NCBI GenBank assembly: GCA_040876345.1
Contig: JBBDPM010000001.1
Location: forward strand, 270,313 to 334,312
Source: Candidatus Woykebacteria bacterium
Lineage (GTDB): Bacteria > Patescibacteriota > Microgenomatia > Woykebacterales > RBG-16-39-9b
Direction of reading: 5' to 3'
Length of the DNA: 64,000 nt
The translations under genes and the position numbers were made by a program. Below, one piece after another: positions 18,972-27,943 of this stretch; position 1 is the stretch's first letter; every line of letters starts with the position of its first letter. A model generated the notes under the pieces. The model ran no database searches and was not told the origin of the DNA. It saw only the letters and a program-made list of their open reading frames with translations.

Positions 18972-20743
18972 AGTCATGGAGGTTAGTTTTAGTTCAAATA
19001 TTTTTCCTTTTTATTGCGGTCAGTATCACTGGCCGTCTTCTTTATTGGCAAGTTGTTAAAAAAGATGTACTTTCGGCAAGAGCAGCTGGCCAGCACGAGG
19101 TAACTACCCATCTGGAGGCGAAAAGAGGTCGTTTATTTGCTACCGATGACTCATTAATAGTTGGTAATGAGCCTGCTTTCCTGCTTTATGCCAACTTAAA
19201 TGAGTTTAATAAGCAATACTCTGAGAAGGAGGACAGAGAAGATCAAGCTGATAAAATTACCGAAGCTCTATTTTCCGAAATTTTAGGATCCCAAAAGGAC
19301 TCGAAAAAACTTTCCAAAGTCGATAAGGAAAAACTTTTTACTGGTACAAAAAAAGAAATAATAAAGAAATTAAACTTGCAGAATTTAGTTTGGGTACCGC
19401 TCGAAAAGAAAGTATCTGCCCAAACTAAGGAAAAACTTGAACAACTTAAAATTTCAAGCTTAGGTTTTGAAGAGCTATCTAAGCGTTTTTACCCCGAGGG
19501 ATCATTGGCCTCTCAGCTTATCGGTTTTGTTGGTAATGATACCTACGGTAATGATGCTGGCTATTTTGGCCTGGAGGGATATTATGATAGGGAGCTGAAA
19601 GGCAGGGCAGGCAGGCTTATTCAAGAACTGGATGCTTCTGGAAACCCTATTCTAACAAACGATGAGGATGGTTCTTTTCCAACAGATGGATTTGATTTGG
19701 TTACAACAATTGACAGGAATGTCCAGTATGTGGTGGAAGAGGAAATTCAAAAAGCAGTTAAAAAGTTTGGCGCTAAGCTCGGAAGTGTGGTAGTTTTAGA
19801 TCCTAAAACCGGTGGGATACTGGCTTTAGCGAACTCCCCAAGCTTTGATCAAGATAAATGGCAGTCTTACGAAGGAGAGGATTTTAAAAATTCAGCGATT
19901 TCTGATATTTACGAACCAGGGTCCACTTTTAAACTTGTAACCATCGCCTCAGCTCTGGACGCTCAAGCTGTTAAACCCAATACGGTCTGTCCTTGTAAAG
20001 GACCGATAAAGGTAAGTGGCTACGAAGTTCAAACTTGGAATAACAAGTATCACCCAAACGCTACTATTTTAGAGATTTTACAACACTCAGATAATGTTGG
20101 GGCGGCTTTCGCTGGCGAAAAATTGGGTACAGATAGATTCTTAGAATACATCAAAAATTTTGGGTTTGGCAGCTCTTTAGGAGTTGATCTTCAGGGTGAG
20201 GAAAAAGGACTTGTAAAGGAAAGGCAAAATTGGTCTAAAGTTGATTTGGTAACTGCTTCTTTCGGCCAAGGTTTATCAGTTACTGCACTTCAAATGACTT
20301 CAGCGCTTTCGGTAATAGCAAATGATGGTAAGTTGATGAAACCTTTTGTTGTTAAGAAAATCAAAGAGAACGACACTGAGATTAATATTGAACCTAAGGT
20401 GATTAGACAAGTAATTAAACCAGAAACAGCGAGTCTTATGAAAGAACTTCTTTTGGCAGCAGTTGAGGGTGGGGAAGCGCGAAATATAATTCCAAAAGGA
20501 TACCGAGTTGCTGGTAAAACTGGTACTGCCCAGGTACCAATTGCTGGTCATTATGACCCTTCGAAGGCAACTGCTTCTTTTGTGGGTTTTGGGCCGGTGG
20601 AAGATCCAAAATTTGTGGCAATTGTTAAATTTGTTGACCCCACACCGATATACGGTGCTGAGACGGCCGAACCTACTTTTTTTGAAATCGCTAAAAGGCT
20701 CTACCCTTACTGGGGAATTCCGGTCCGCACGAGTGGAAATTAG
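18968..20743 (+). CDS. ftsI: Class B penicillin-binding protein (FtsI-like)
   Basis: EPGSTFK (SxxK), SDN, KTGT; N-terminal TM. Confidence 0.9.
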   Translation: MKSWRLVLVQIFFLFIAVSITGRLLYWQVVKKDVLSARAAGQHEVTTHLEAKRGRLFATDDSLIVGNEPAFLLYANLNEFNKQYSEKEDREDQADKITEALFSEILGSQKDSKKLSKVDKEKLFTGTKKEIIKKLNLQNLVWVPLEKKVSAQTKEKLEQLKISSLGFEELSKRFYPEGSLASQLIGFVGNDTYGNDAGYFGLEGYYDRELKGRAGRLIQELDASGNPILTNDEDGSFPTDGFDLVTTIDRNVQYVVEEEIQKAVKKFGAKLGSVVVLDPKTGGILALANSPSFDQDKWQSYEGEDFKNSAISDIYEPGSTFKLVTIASALDAQAVKPNTVCPCKGPIKVSGYEVQTWNNKYHPNATILEILQHSDNVGAAFAGEKLGTDRFLEYIKNFGFGSSLGVDLQGEEKGLVKERQNWSKVDLVTASFGQGLSVTALQMTSALSVIANDGKLMKPFVVKKIKENDTEINIEPKVIRQVIKPETASLMKELLLAAVEGGEARNIIPKGYRVAGKTGTAQVPIAGHYDPSKATASFVGFGPVEDPKFVAIVKFVDPTPIYGAETAEPTFFEIAKRLYPYWGIPVRTSGN

Positions 20744-20771
20744 ATTTTTTGTGGTAAAATTCTAAGACGTT

Positions 20772-22058
20772 ATGGAGTTTGTAAAGAGGGTTGTACCTCA
20801 AGGAATTAAAAATATTTATCATTATCTTCAGGCTTTTTTGGCCGCCCTCTTTTATGGTTTTCCTTCCCGAAAATTGAAAGTAATAGGAATTACCGGCACT
20901 GATGGAAAAACAACTACTGTAAGCCTAGCCTATCACATTCTAAAATCAGCCGGTGTCAAAGCTTCGATGATTTCCTCTGTTAAAGCGGTGATTGGCCAAG
21001 CTAGCCTTGATACAGGATTTCATGTTACAACTCCATCCCCACTTGAATTACAGAAATATTTAAATATGATGGTTAAAGCCGGCAGTGACGTTGCGCTGCT
21101 GGAAGTAACCTCTCATGGTCTTGATCAAGGCAGAGTCGCTTTTATAGATTTTTTTGAAGGTGTAGTTACCAACGTTACTCGTGAGCATTTGGATTATCAT
21201 AAGACTTATAAGCGGTATTTGGAAGCAAAATCAAAAATTTTAAACGATGTGAAGTTTAGAATATTAAATGCGGACGATCCGTCGTTTGAGGAACTTTCAA
21301 AAAAAGGTTCTGGTCAGATGCTCAGTTTTGGTGTGCGCGGTGATGCTGATTTTACAGCCAAAAATATTAACCAATCTGAGAAATATACTAATTTTGATGT
21401 GAAGATAAAAGGAAGAGAAAAGCAGGAGAAAACCTTGAATATAGCTACACCACTTTACGGTGAATTCAACATATCAAACTGTTTGGCAGCGATTGCTATA
21501 TCCAAGACTTTTGATGTGGAAGACGCCACAATCGTAAGTTCTTTAAAAGAGTTTCCTGGGGTAGAAGGTAGAATGGAAAGGATAGATGAGGGGCAAAAAT
21601 TCCAAGTCATTATAGATTTTGCTCATACACCAAACTCATTTGAGCACACTCTGAAATCCTTGAAGAAGGCGGCCAAAAATAAACTTATTTGTGTGTTTGG
21701 CGCAGCAGGGGAAAGAGATAAGTCTAAAAGAGCTGTGATGGGTAATATCGCCGGGAGAATCTGCAACTACTCTATTTTGACTGCCGAGGATCCAAGGCAT
21801 GAGAATGTAAATGATATTATTGGCGAAATTGCAAAGGGTTTAGAGGAGGCCGGGGGCGTTTTAGGAAGTACATATTGGAAAATTCCAGATAGAGCTAAGG
21901 CTATTCGAGAAGCAATTATATCGTTGGCAAGCGATGGTGACACTGTTGTTCTGCTCGGAAAAGGGCACGAAAAGAGCCTGAATTTAGAAGGTGTCGAGTA
22001 TCCTTGGAGTGATCAAATTTCGGCAAGAAATGCTCTTTTGGAGAAACTTAAAAAATGA
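20772..22058 (+). CDS. murE: UDP-MurNAc-tripeptide synthetase
   Basis: GITGTDGKTT, EVTSHGL, HLDYH, DFAHTP, GKGHE. Confidence 0.92.
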   Translation: MEFVKRVVPQGIKNIYHYLQAFLAALFYGFPSRKLKVIGITGTDGKTTTVSLAYHILKSAGVKASMISSVKAVIGQASLDTGFHVTTPSPLELQKYLNMMVKAGSDVALLEVTSHGLDQGRVAFIDFFEGVVTNVTREHLDYHKTYKRYLEAKSKILNDVKFRILNADDPSFEELSKKGSGQMLSFGVRGDADFTAKNINQSEKYTNFDVKIKGREKQEKTLNIATPLYGEFNISNCLAAIAISKTFDVEDATIVSSLKEFPGVEGRMERIDEGQKFQVIIDFAHTPNSFEHTLKSLKKAAKNKLICVFGAAGERDKSKRAVMGNIAGRICNYSILTAEDPRHENVNDIIGEIAKGLEEAGGVLGSTYWKIPDRAKAIREAIISLASDGDTVVLLGKGHEKSLNLEGVEYPWSDQISARNALLEKLKK

Positions 22059-22798
22059 AAAATGTTACAGCAGTTGTAGTTGGTGGTGGTGAAGGGACAC
22101 GTTTAAACGAAGGGATGCCTTCCCCGCGCCCGAAGGTCCTTTACGAAGTTTTGGGTAAGCCGTTGATATCATATTCTTTAAAGGCTTTGAAAGACGTTGG
22201 AATCAACGATATTATTGTAGTTGTCGGTTACATGGGCGAAGAAATAAAGAAGGTTTTAGGACCATCGTACCGATACACTATTCAAAAAGAACCCTTAGGT
22301 ACGGCCGATGCAGCTCTCTCAGCTCTATCAAGAATTCCAGACGAAACCCTTCACGTCGCTGTGCTGTACGGAGCTGATATCTACACAAATTATCTTTTAA
22401 AGGAGGTTATATCTTTGCACTTGGAGAAGGAGCCAGAGGTCACATTAGTTACTAAAATTATGGAAGAGCCTGGAAAACTAGGAAGGATTGTTCGAGATGA
22501 GTCTGGAGAAATTTCCGCAATTGTTGAGGAAAAGGTCGCTACAGACGAGCAGAAAAAAATTAAAGAGGTCAATGATGGTTGCTTTATCTTTAAGAAAGAC
22601 TGGCTTTTAGAGAATATCAAAGCGATCTCACTATCTGCTGCCAAGGAATATTTCCTGACCGATCTTGTTGAAATTGCAATCAATCAAAAAGTTAAAGTGG
22701 CAACTTACACAATCGAGCGTGATGGAGATTGGATTGGAGTCGATACGACAGAGGATATCAAAAGCGCGGAAGAGTTACTGAAAGGGCAGGAAAGATGA
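22055..22798 (+). CDS. GlmU N-terminal-like uridyltransferase (no acetyltransferase domain)
   Basis: GGEGTR..PKVL, QKEPLGTADA, GRIVR, EEK, EYFLTD; ends at 247 aa. Confidence 0.8.
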   Translation: MKNVTAVVVGGGEGTRLNEGMPSPRPKVLYEVLGKPLISYSLKALKDVGINDIIVVVGYMGEEIKKVLGPSYRYTIQKEPLGTADAALSALSRIPDETLHVAVLYGADIYTNYLLKEVISLHLEKEPEVTLVTKIMEEPGKLGRIVRDESGEISAIVEEKVATDEQKKIKEVNDGCFIFKKDWLLENIKAISLSAAKEYFLTDLVEIAINQKVKVATYTIERDGDWIGVDTTEDIKSAEELLKGQER

Positions 22799-24105
22799 AT
22801 ATTCACTTTATGGGTATTGGTGGTGCTGGTACTTCGGCGGCCGCTGCCCTTGCAAAAGAGCGGGGGTTTGAAGTAAGTGGGTGTGATATAGACAAAGATT
22901 CCGTCTATTTAAAAGAGCAGGAAAAATTGGGTATCAACATCGAACTTGGTCATAGCGGCACTCATCTTACTAATTCAGATCTTCTGATCGTCTCTAATGC
23001 AGTAGGAAAAATCGACAAGGCAAATCAAGAACTGGTCGAGGCAGAGAAAAGCGGAATTAAATTATTCTCAACCGAAAAGTTCGTGGCGAGCTATTTAATT
23101 AGTGGTAAGTTTCTGATTGCTATATCCGGCACCCACGGTAAATCTACGACAACAGCGATGGTTGGAGAAATATTAGAAGAGGCTGGTTTTGACCCTACCG
23201 TTTACTTAGGTGCAATAGATGTAAATTGGGGAAGAAACTATCGAGCAGGTAGCAGCAAATATTTTGTCCTGGAGGCTGATGAATACGAGGATAAATTTTT
23301 ACATTATCATCCCGAGGTTGGGGCGATAACGAATATAGATTATGATCATCCAGATTATTTCAAAGATAAAGACCAGTTGGTAGAAAGTTTCGCCCGCTTT
23401 GTTAAGGGATTTAAGGAGGAATCTATGCTTGTACTCGGCACAGATACATCCCAAAGCGAAAATATTAAGGAGCTTGTTTCAAAAACCAAAGATTTAACAG
23501 GTATTATTGAGGGTTCTTGGGATTTTCCTGTAAATCTTAAAATTCCCGGTGAACACAACATTTTAAACGCAAAAGTGGCAGTTTTGTGCGCAAGATCAAT
23601 TGGTATAAATGAAGAAAGTATAAACTCTGCTTTAAGTAAATTTGCTGGTACTGGAAGGCGTTTTGAATTCAAAGGCGAGGTCAACAATATAAAAGTTTTT
23701 GACGATTACGCGCACCACCCTACTGAGGTTATTGCAACACTGTCATCAGCCCGCGAAAAATTTCCTGCACAGCGAATTTGGTGTGTTTTTCAACCCCACA
23801 CTTTTTCTAGAACGCAGGCTTTATTTAACGATTTTGTAAACGCGTTTGAAGAAGCAAAGGTTGATAATCTAGTTTTCGTAGATATATATGCGGCTAGAGA
23901 AAAAAATCCTGGTGGTGTAAGTTCGCTAGATATTGCAAAGAGTATTAAAGGTAAAAAGGTTGTTTATATTGGCGATTTAGAAAAAGCAGCGGTTTATGTT
24001 GCTGAAAACGCAGCAGCTGGAGATACTATTATTAACATGGGAGCAGGGGATATTTACAAAATATCAAAAATGATTCTGGACAAATTGGAGGAGCAAGTTG
24101 GGTGA
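22795..24105 (+). CDS. murC: UDP-MurNAc--L-alanine ligase
   Basis: HFMGIGGAG, GTHGKSTT, EADEY, DDYAHHP, FQPH; start set at ATG 22795. Confidence 0.94.
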   Translation: MNIHFMGIGGAGTSAAAALAKERGFEVSGCDIDKDSVYLKEQEKLGINIELGHSGTHLTNSDLLIVSNAVGKIDKANQELVEAEKSGIKLFSTEKFVASYLISGKFLIAISGTHGKSTTTAMVGEILEEAGFDPTVYLGAIDVNWGRNYRAGSSKYFVLEADEYEDKFLHYHPEVGAITNIDYDHPDYFKDKDQLVESFARFVKGFKEESMLVLGTDTSQSENIKELVSKTKDLTGIIEGSWDFPVNLKIPGEHNILNAKVAVLCARSIGINEESINSALSKFAGTGRRFEFKGEVNNIKVFDDYAHHPTEVIATLSSAREKFPAQRIWCVFQPHTFSRTQALFNDFVNAFEEAKVDNLVFVDIYAAREKNPGGVSSLDIAKSIKGKKVVYIGDLEKAAVYVAENAAAGDTIINMGAGDIYKISKMILDKLEEQVG

Positions 24106-24994
24106 AGAATTAATTAAGAGATTGGGAGAAGAGCGTGTTAGAAAAAACGAACCTATGAGTTTGCATACCCAGATGAAGGTTGGGGGGCCAGCCGATTTTT
24201 ATTATGAAGCTCAAAGTGCTAAAGAGCTTGAGGATGCGGTTCGGTTTGCTATCGAATCGAGATTACCCTACACCGTAATAGGTAATGGGGCCAATGTTTT
24301 GGTGTCGGATAAAGGAATTCGTGGTTTGGTCATAGCAAGTAGGGCCAATCAAGTTAAGTTTTTACCGCATGGGTTTGTTGAAGCAGAATCTGGTGTGGAT
24401 AATAACGTTTTGATAATGGAGGCGGCAAAGAACGGTCTGACTGGAGTTGAGCGACTTATGAAAGTGCCGGGAACTGTGGGTGGAGCAGTGTTTATGAACG
24501 CTGGTGATACAGGAAAAGGAGAATTCTTTGGCGATTTAGTCGAGTCAGTGCGAGTTATCGGCGAGGAAGGGAAGGTTAAAACGTTAGCTCACGACGAAGC
24601 AAACTTTTCATATCGATCTTCTCGTTTTCAAACCTCAGGAGAAGTTATTTTAAGCGCAAAAATATTGTTAAAACAAGCAGCCCAGGCCGAAATTGAGGCT
24701 AAAGTAAAAGATATTTTGATCCGCAAAGTTAATCATCCTGCCGGGGCGACAGTTGGTTCCACTTTTAAAAATCCCGAAAACTATCATTCGGGAGAACTTA
24801 TCGAAAAATCAGATTTAAAAGGAACCAAAATTGGTGGTGCCAAAATAAGTGAAAAACACGGTAATTTTATTATTAATGAAGGAAATGCAACTGCCTCGGA
24901 TGTTAAGGATTTAATTGATCTGATGAAAAAAACTGTCAAAGATAAATTTGGAGTAAACCTTGAAGAAGAGGTCCGCTATATCGGTAAGTGGTAA
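24098..24994 (+). CDS. murB: UDP-N-acetylenolpyruvoylglucosamine reductase
   Basis: GGPAD, GNGANVL, PGTVGGAVFMNAG, GSTFKNP, HGNFIIN. Confidence 0.94.
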   Translation: MGEELIKRLGEERVRKNEPMSLHTQMKVGGPADFYYEAQSAKELEDAVRFAIESRLPYTVIGNGANVLVSDKGIRGLVIASRANQVKFLPHGFVEAESGVDNNVLIMEAAKNGLTGVERLMKVPGTVGGAVFMNAGDTGKGEFFGDLVESVRVIGEEGKVKTLAHDEANFSYRSSRFQTSGEVILSAKILLKQAAQAEIEAKVKDILIRKVNHPAGATVGSTFKNPENYHSGELIEKSDLKGTKIGGAKISEKHGNFIINEGNATASDVKDLIDLMKKTVKDKFGVNLEEEVRYIGKW

Positions 24995-25084
24995 ATAACT
25001 CATAGTACCGACCCCAGGGGTTGATATTATAGGTTAAATGTAGTATTTGACATTGGAACACTAGTTATCTGATAATTAAATCAG

Positions 25085-25723
25085 ATGGATGAGACTGGCC
25101 AACCGGTCCAAAACACAGCAAACCCCAACCCAAAACCCGTTTCCTGGCCGAGAGTTTTGTTAACTGTATTAATAATAGTACTGGTGGTGAGTATATTAGC
25201 CGGTGGCTATTGGTATTTTGTACTCAACAAGCCGTCAGAGACGGTCGATACCAGCCCAATCAAAGTCTCCACTCAATCTTCAAAAAAAGCAACAGAATCT
25301 TCAAAAAAAGCCACTTCTTCTGCCAAAAAAGACGAAACTGCTAACTGGAAGGTTTACGAAGAAAAACAACTTGGATTTTTAATTAAATATCCTGGGACTT
25401 GGTCGATAAAAGCTGGGACGAGCGGTAGCGTTAGAGTCGTAAAACTAAACAAAGATCGGGAATCAATTGAAATTTATGAGGATGGAGGCATAGAAGGCGG
25501 AACTGACACGACAGTAGAACTCGCTGTTGGTTCCCACAAGCTAGAGTTCTGGGTATTCGACTCAGAGACAAACAGTCAAATTACATATGTTAATAGTAGT
25601 CCGAGATTAGAATCCAGGACATCTTCGTTGCTATTATTTTACATAATTCTTGACAGAAAAACACACGATCAGAGTTTAGCAGAGGTTAAAAAGATCCTTT
25701 CAACCTTCAAACTCCTGGACTAA
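25085..25723 (+). CDS. Membrane-anchored variable surface protein, family copy A
   Basis: SWP-TM-WYFVLNK, S/T/K linker, W..Y....F..KYP..W, C-terminal ILSTFKLLD. Confidence 0.8.
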   Translation: MDETGQPVQNTANPNPKPVSWPRVLLTVLIIVLVVSILAGGYWYFVLNKPSETVDTSPIKVSTQSSKKATESSKKATSSAKKDETANWKVYEEKQLGFLIKYPGTWSIKAGTSGSVRVVKLNKDRESIEIYEDGGIEGGTDTTVELAVGSHKLEFWVFDSETNSQITYVNSSPRLESRTSSLLLFYIILDRKTHDQSLAEVKKILSTFKLLD

Positions 25724-25793
25724 TTCGATTTTCGATGCTAGATACTCGATGTTCGATGATCCTAAATCCTAGATCCTGAATCAAGTTCAGGAT
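25724..25793. repeat. Degenerate 7-nt tandem repeats ending in palindrome ATCCTGAA-TCAAG-TTCAGGAT
   Basis: ttcgatt ttcgatg ctagata ctcgatg ttcgatg atcctaa atcctag atcctga. Confidence 0.75.
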
Positions 25794-25914
25794 GGCAAAC
25801 GGTTGTCAATTTGCAATCCGTACCATCCTACCTTAAAATTCACTCATGGCCAAAGAGTTACGCAATATATAGTTTGTTATTGACATGTTTTGTGGTTTTT
25901 GATACAAATAAGTC

Positions 25915-26178
25915 ATAATTGAATTAAAAGAGCCAAAAGTTTATACTCCAGAGCAAGTGGCAAGGATGCTGCAGCTTTCTAAAAATACTGTTTACGATCT
26001 TATTAATCGAGGCGAAATTTTGGCAAAAAAGGTTGGGAAAGTTTACCGTATTCCCGAAAGCTCAATTTCTTTTGTTTTTACTGGTTTAGACTCCGACCTC
26101 CTTCAAGTTGAGCAAGAGGATTTGAAAAATATCGAAACTGTCAAAAAGGAAATCTCCGGCGCCCGCAGGAAATTATAG
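25915..26178 (+). CDS. Excisionase-like HTH protein (putative antitoxin), start codon uncertain
   Basis: VYTPEQVARMLQLSKNTVYDLINRGEI..KKVGKVYRIP; frame opens after TAA at 25909; first canonical start is GTG 25957. Confidence 0.7.
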   Translation: MIELKEPKVYTPEQVARMLQLSKNTVYDLINRGEILAKKVGKVYRIPESSISFVFTGLDSDLLQVEQEDLKNIETVKKEISGARRKL

Positions 26179-26186
26179 CCCCCTCC

Positions 26187-26609
26187 ATGAAAGTTTTTGT
26201 GGATTCAGACGTGGTTATCTCATCTTTACTTTCTCAATCTGGGGCAGCTTATATTTTGACCAACGCCAAAAACCTTCAACTTTTTATTTCAAATATTGCC
26301 TATCAAGAATTAAAAATTGTTACTGAAAGGTTGGGAATAGAAAAGCAAAAACTTGATGATCTTTTAAGAGAACGGTTTAAGACAGTTGAATTAGAAGAAA
26401 ATTTATCTGTAATAAAAGGAAAATATGGAAATCTTGTATTAGATCAAAATGATGCTCATATTTTGGCTGGTGCAAAAGCAGAAAGTGCAAGGTTTTTGGT
26501 TTCATATAGCACCAAACATTTTAAGGCCGAGGAAATTAAGAGAGTCTTTAATATTATTAGTTTAAAACCGGCTTTTATGCTTCAATATTTGAGGAGTTTG
26601 CAAAAATAG
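26187..26609 (+). CDS. PIN-domain protein (putative toxin)
   Basis: VFVDSDVVIS, E at ~42, DAHILA..., LVS...KHF. Confidence 0.82.
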   Translation: MKVFVDSDVVISSLLSQSGAAYILTNAKNLQLFISNIAYQELKIVTERLGIEKQKLDDLLRERFKTVELEENLSVIKGKYGNLVLDQNDAHILAGAKAESARFLVSYSTKHFKAEEIKRVFNIISLKPAFMLQYLRSLQK

Positions 26610-26624
26610 CTTACAATTTAACAC

Positions 26625-27941
26625 ATGGCCAAATATGTTATTGAAGGTGGGGTTCCGCTTCACGGGAGAGTGAAAATCCCTGGCGCTAAAAATGCTGGGT
26701 TTAAAATGATGATTGCTTCCCTTCTTTCGGATGACCTTTCCACCCTAACTAATATCCCCTACATACGTGACGTTATCTCTATAAGTAAAATAATTGAATC
26801 TCTAGGAGCAAAGGTAGAGCGATCTGAAGACACGGTTCAGGTTAGCGGGGGAATTAAAAATTGGGAGGTTCCAGAAGAGCTGGGTTTAAAATCTCGGGCC
26901 TCTTTTATGTACTTGCCCATACTGCTCGCTCGTTTTAAAAAGGGAAAAGTGCCCCTCCCTGTTGGAGATCAAATAGGTGAGCGACCAATCAGTTGGTTTT
27001 TGGAGGGCTTACAAAAAATGGGGGCTGAGGTTGTACTTGAAGAAAAGTTAATCGAAGTATCGGCGCCTAGTGGTCTTTCAGGGGTTAATTTCACCTTTCC
27101 AAAAAACTCGCACACCGGAACAGAAGGATTAATTATGGCAGCGTGTCTCGCTAAAGGTAACACAAGGATAGAAAATGCAGCTACCGAGCCAGAAGTTGAT
27201 GATCTAATCGCATTTTTGAATAAAATGGGTGCGAAAATTAAAAGAGTCGAGAATAAAATAATCGAAATTAATGGCATAGAATCCCTAAAAGGAGCAACCC
27301 ACTCGGTTATGCCGGATAGAAACGAGGCTGTTACATTTGGTTGCATGGCTCTTGGTACAAGAGGCGAGGTGGAAATCGAAGGGGTGAGAGTAGCCGATAT
27401 TGGATCATTTCTGAAAGAGACTAGTGAAGCAAGAGGCGTGTTCGAAAATACAGAGGGGTTACTGACGATTTCATATCAAGAAGATCTAAAACCCACTTTT
27501 ATTAAAACCACTCCTCACCCTGGATTCATGACCGATTGGCAAAGCATTTGGTGCGCTCTTATGACCCAAGCTCTGGGAGAGTCCATAATTCATGAGACAA
27601 TTTTTGAAAACAGATTTAGTTATGCGCCGTATTTACAGAAAATGGGAGCTAAAATAGAGCTTTTTGAGCCCAAAGTGGAGAACCCCGACGAATTTTATAA
27701 TTTTGAATGGAACGAAGAGTCAAAGAGATACCCTCACGCTGTAAAAGTCTTAGGTCCTACAAAACTTGCGCCAACAAAACTTGAGGTAGCCGATATACGA
27801 GCCGGTGCAACGCTTGTTTTTGCTGCTTTAATGGCCGAGGGAAAAAGCGAAATTGAAGGTGTGGAGCATATCGAAAGAGGTTATGAAGATCTTGATGGTA
27901 GGCTAGAAAATCTAGGTGCTAAAATAACAAAGGTGGATTAA
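26625..27941 (+). CDS. murA: UDP-GlcNAc 1-carboxyvinyltransferase
   Basis: GAKNA, RAS, NAATEPEV, PGFMTD, FENRF, DIRAG, IERGYE. Confidence 0.95.
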   Translation: MAKYVIEGGVPLHGRVKIPGAKNAGFKMMIASLLSDDLSTLTNIPYIRDVISISKIIESLGAKVERSEDTVQVSGGIKNWEVPEELGLKSRASFMYLPILLARFKKGKVPLPVGDQIGERPISWFLEGLQKMGAEVVLEEKLIEVSAPSGLSGVNFTFPKNSHTGTEGLIMAACLAKGNTRIENAATEPEVDDLIAFLNKMGAKIKRVENKIIEINGIESLKGATHSVMPDRNEAVTFGCMALGTRGEVEIEGVRVADIGSFLKETSEARGVFENTEGLLTISYQEDLKPTFIKTTPHPGFMTDWQSIWCALMTQALGESIIHETIFENRFSYAPYLQKMGAKIELFEPKVENPDEFYNFEWNEESKRYPHAVKVLGPTKLAPTKLEVADIRAGATLVFAALMAEGKSEIEGVEHIERGYEDLDGRLENLGAKITKVD

Positions 27942-27943
27942 AT

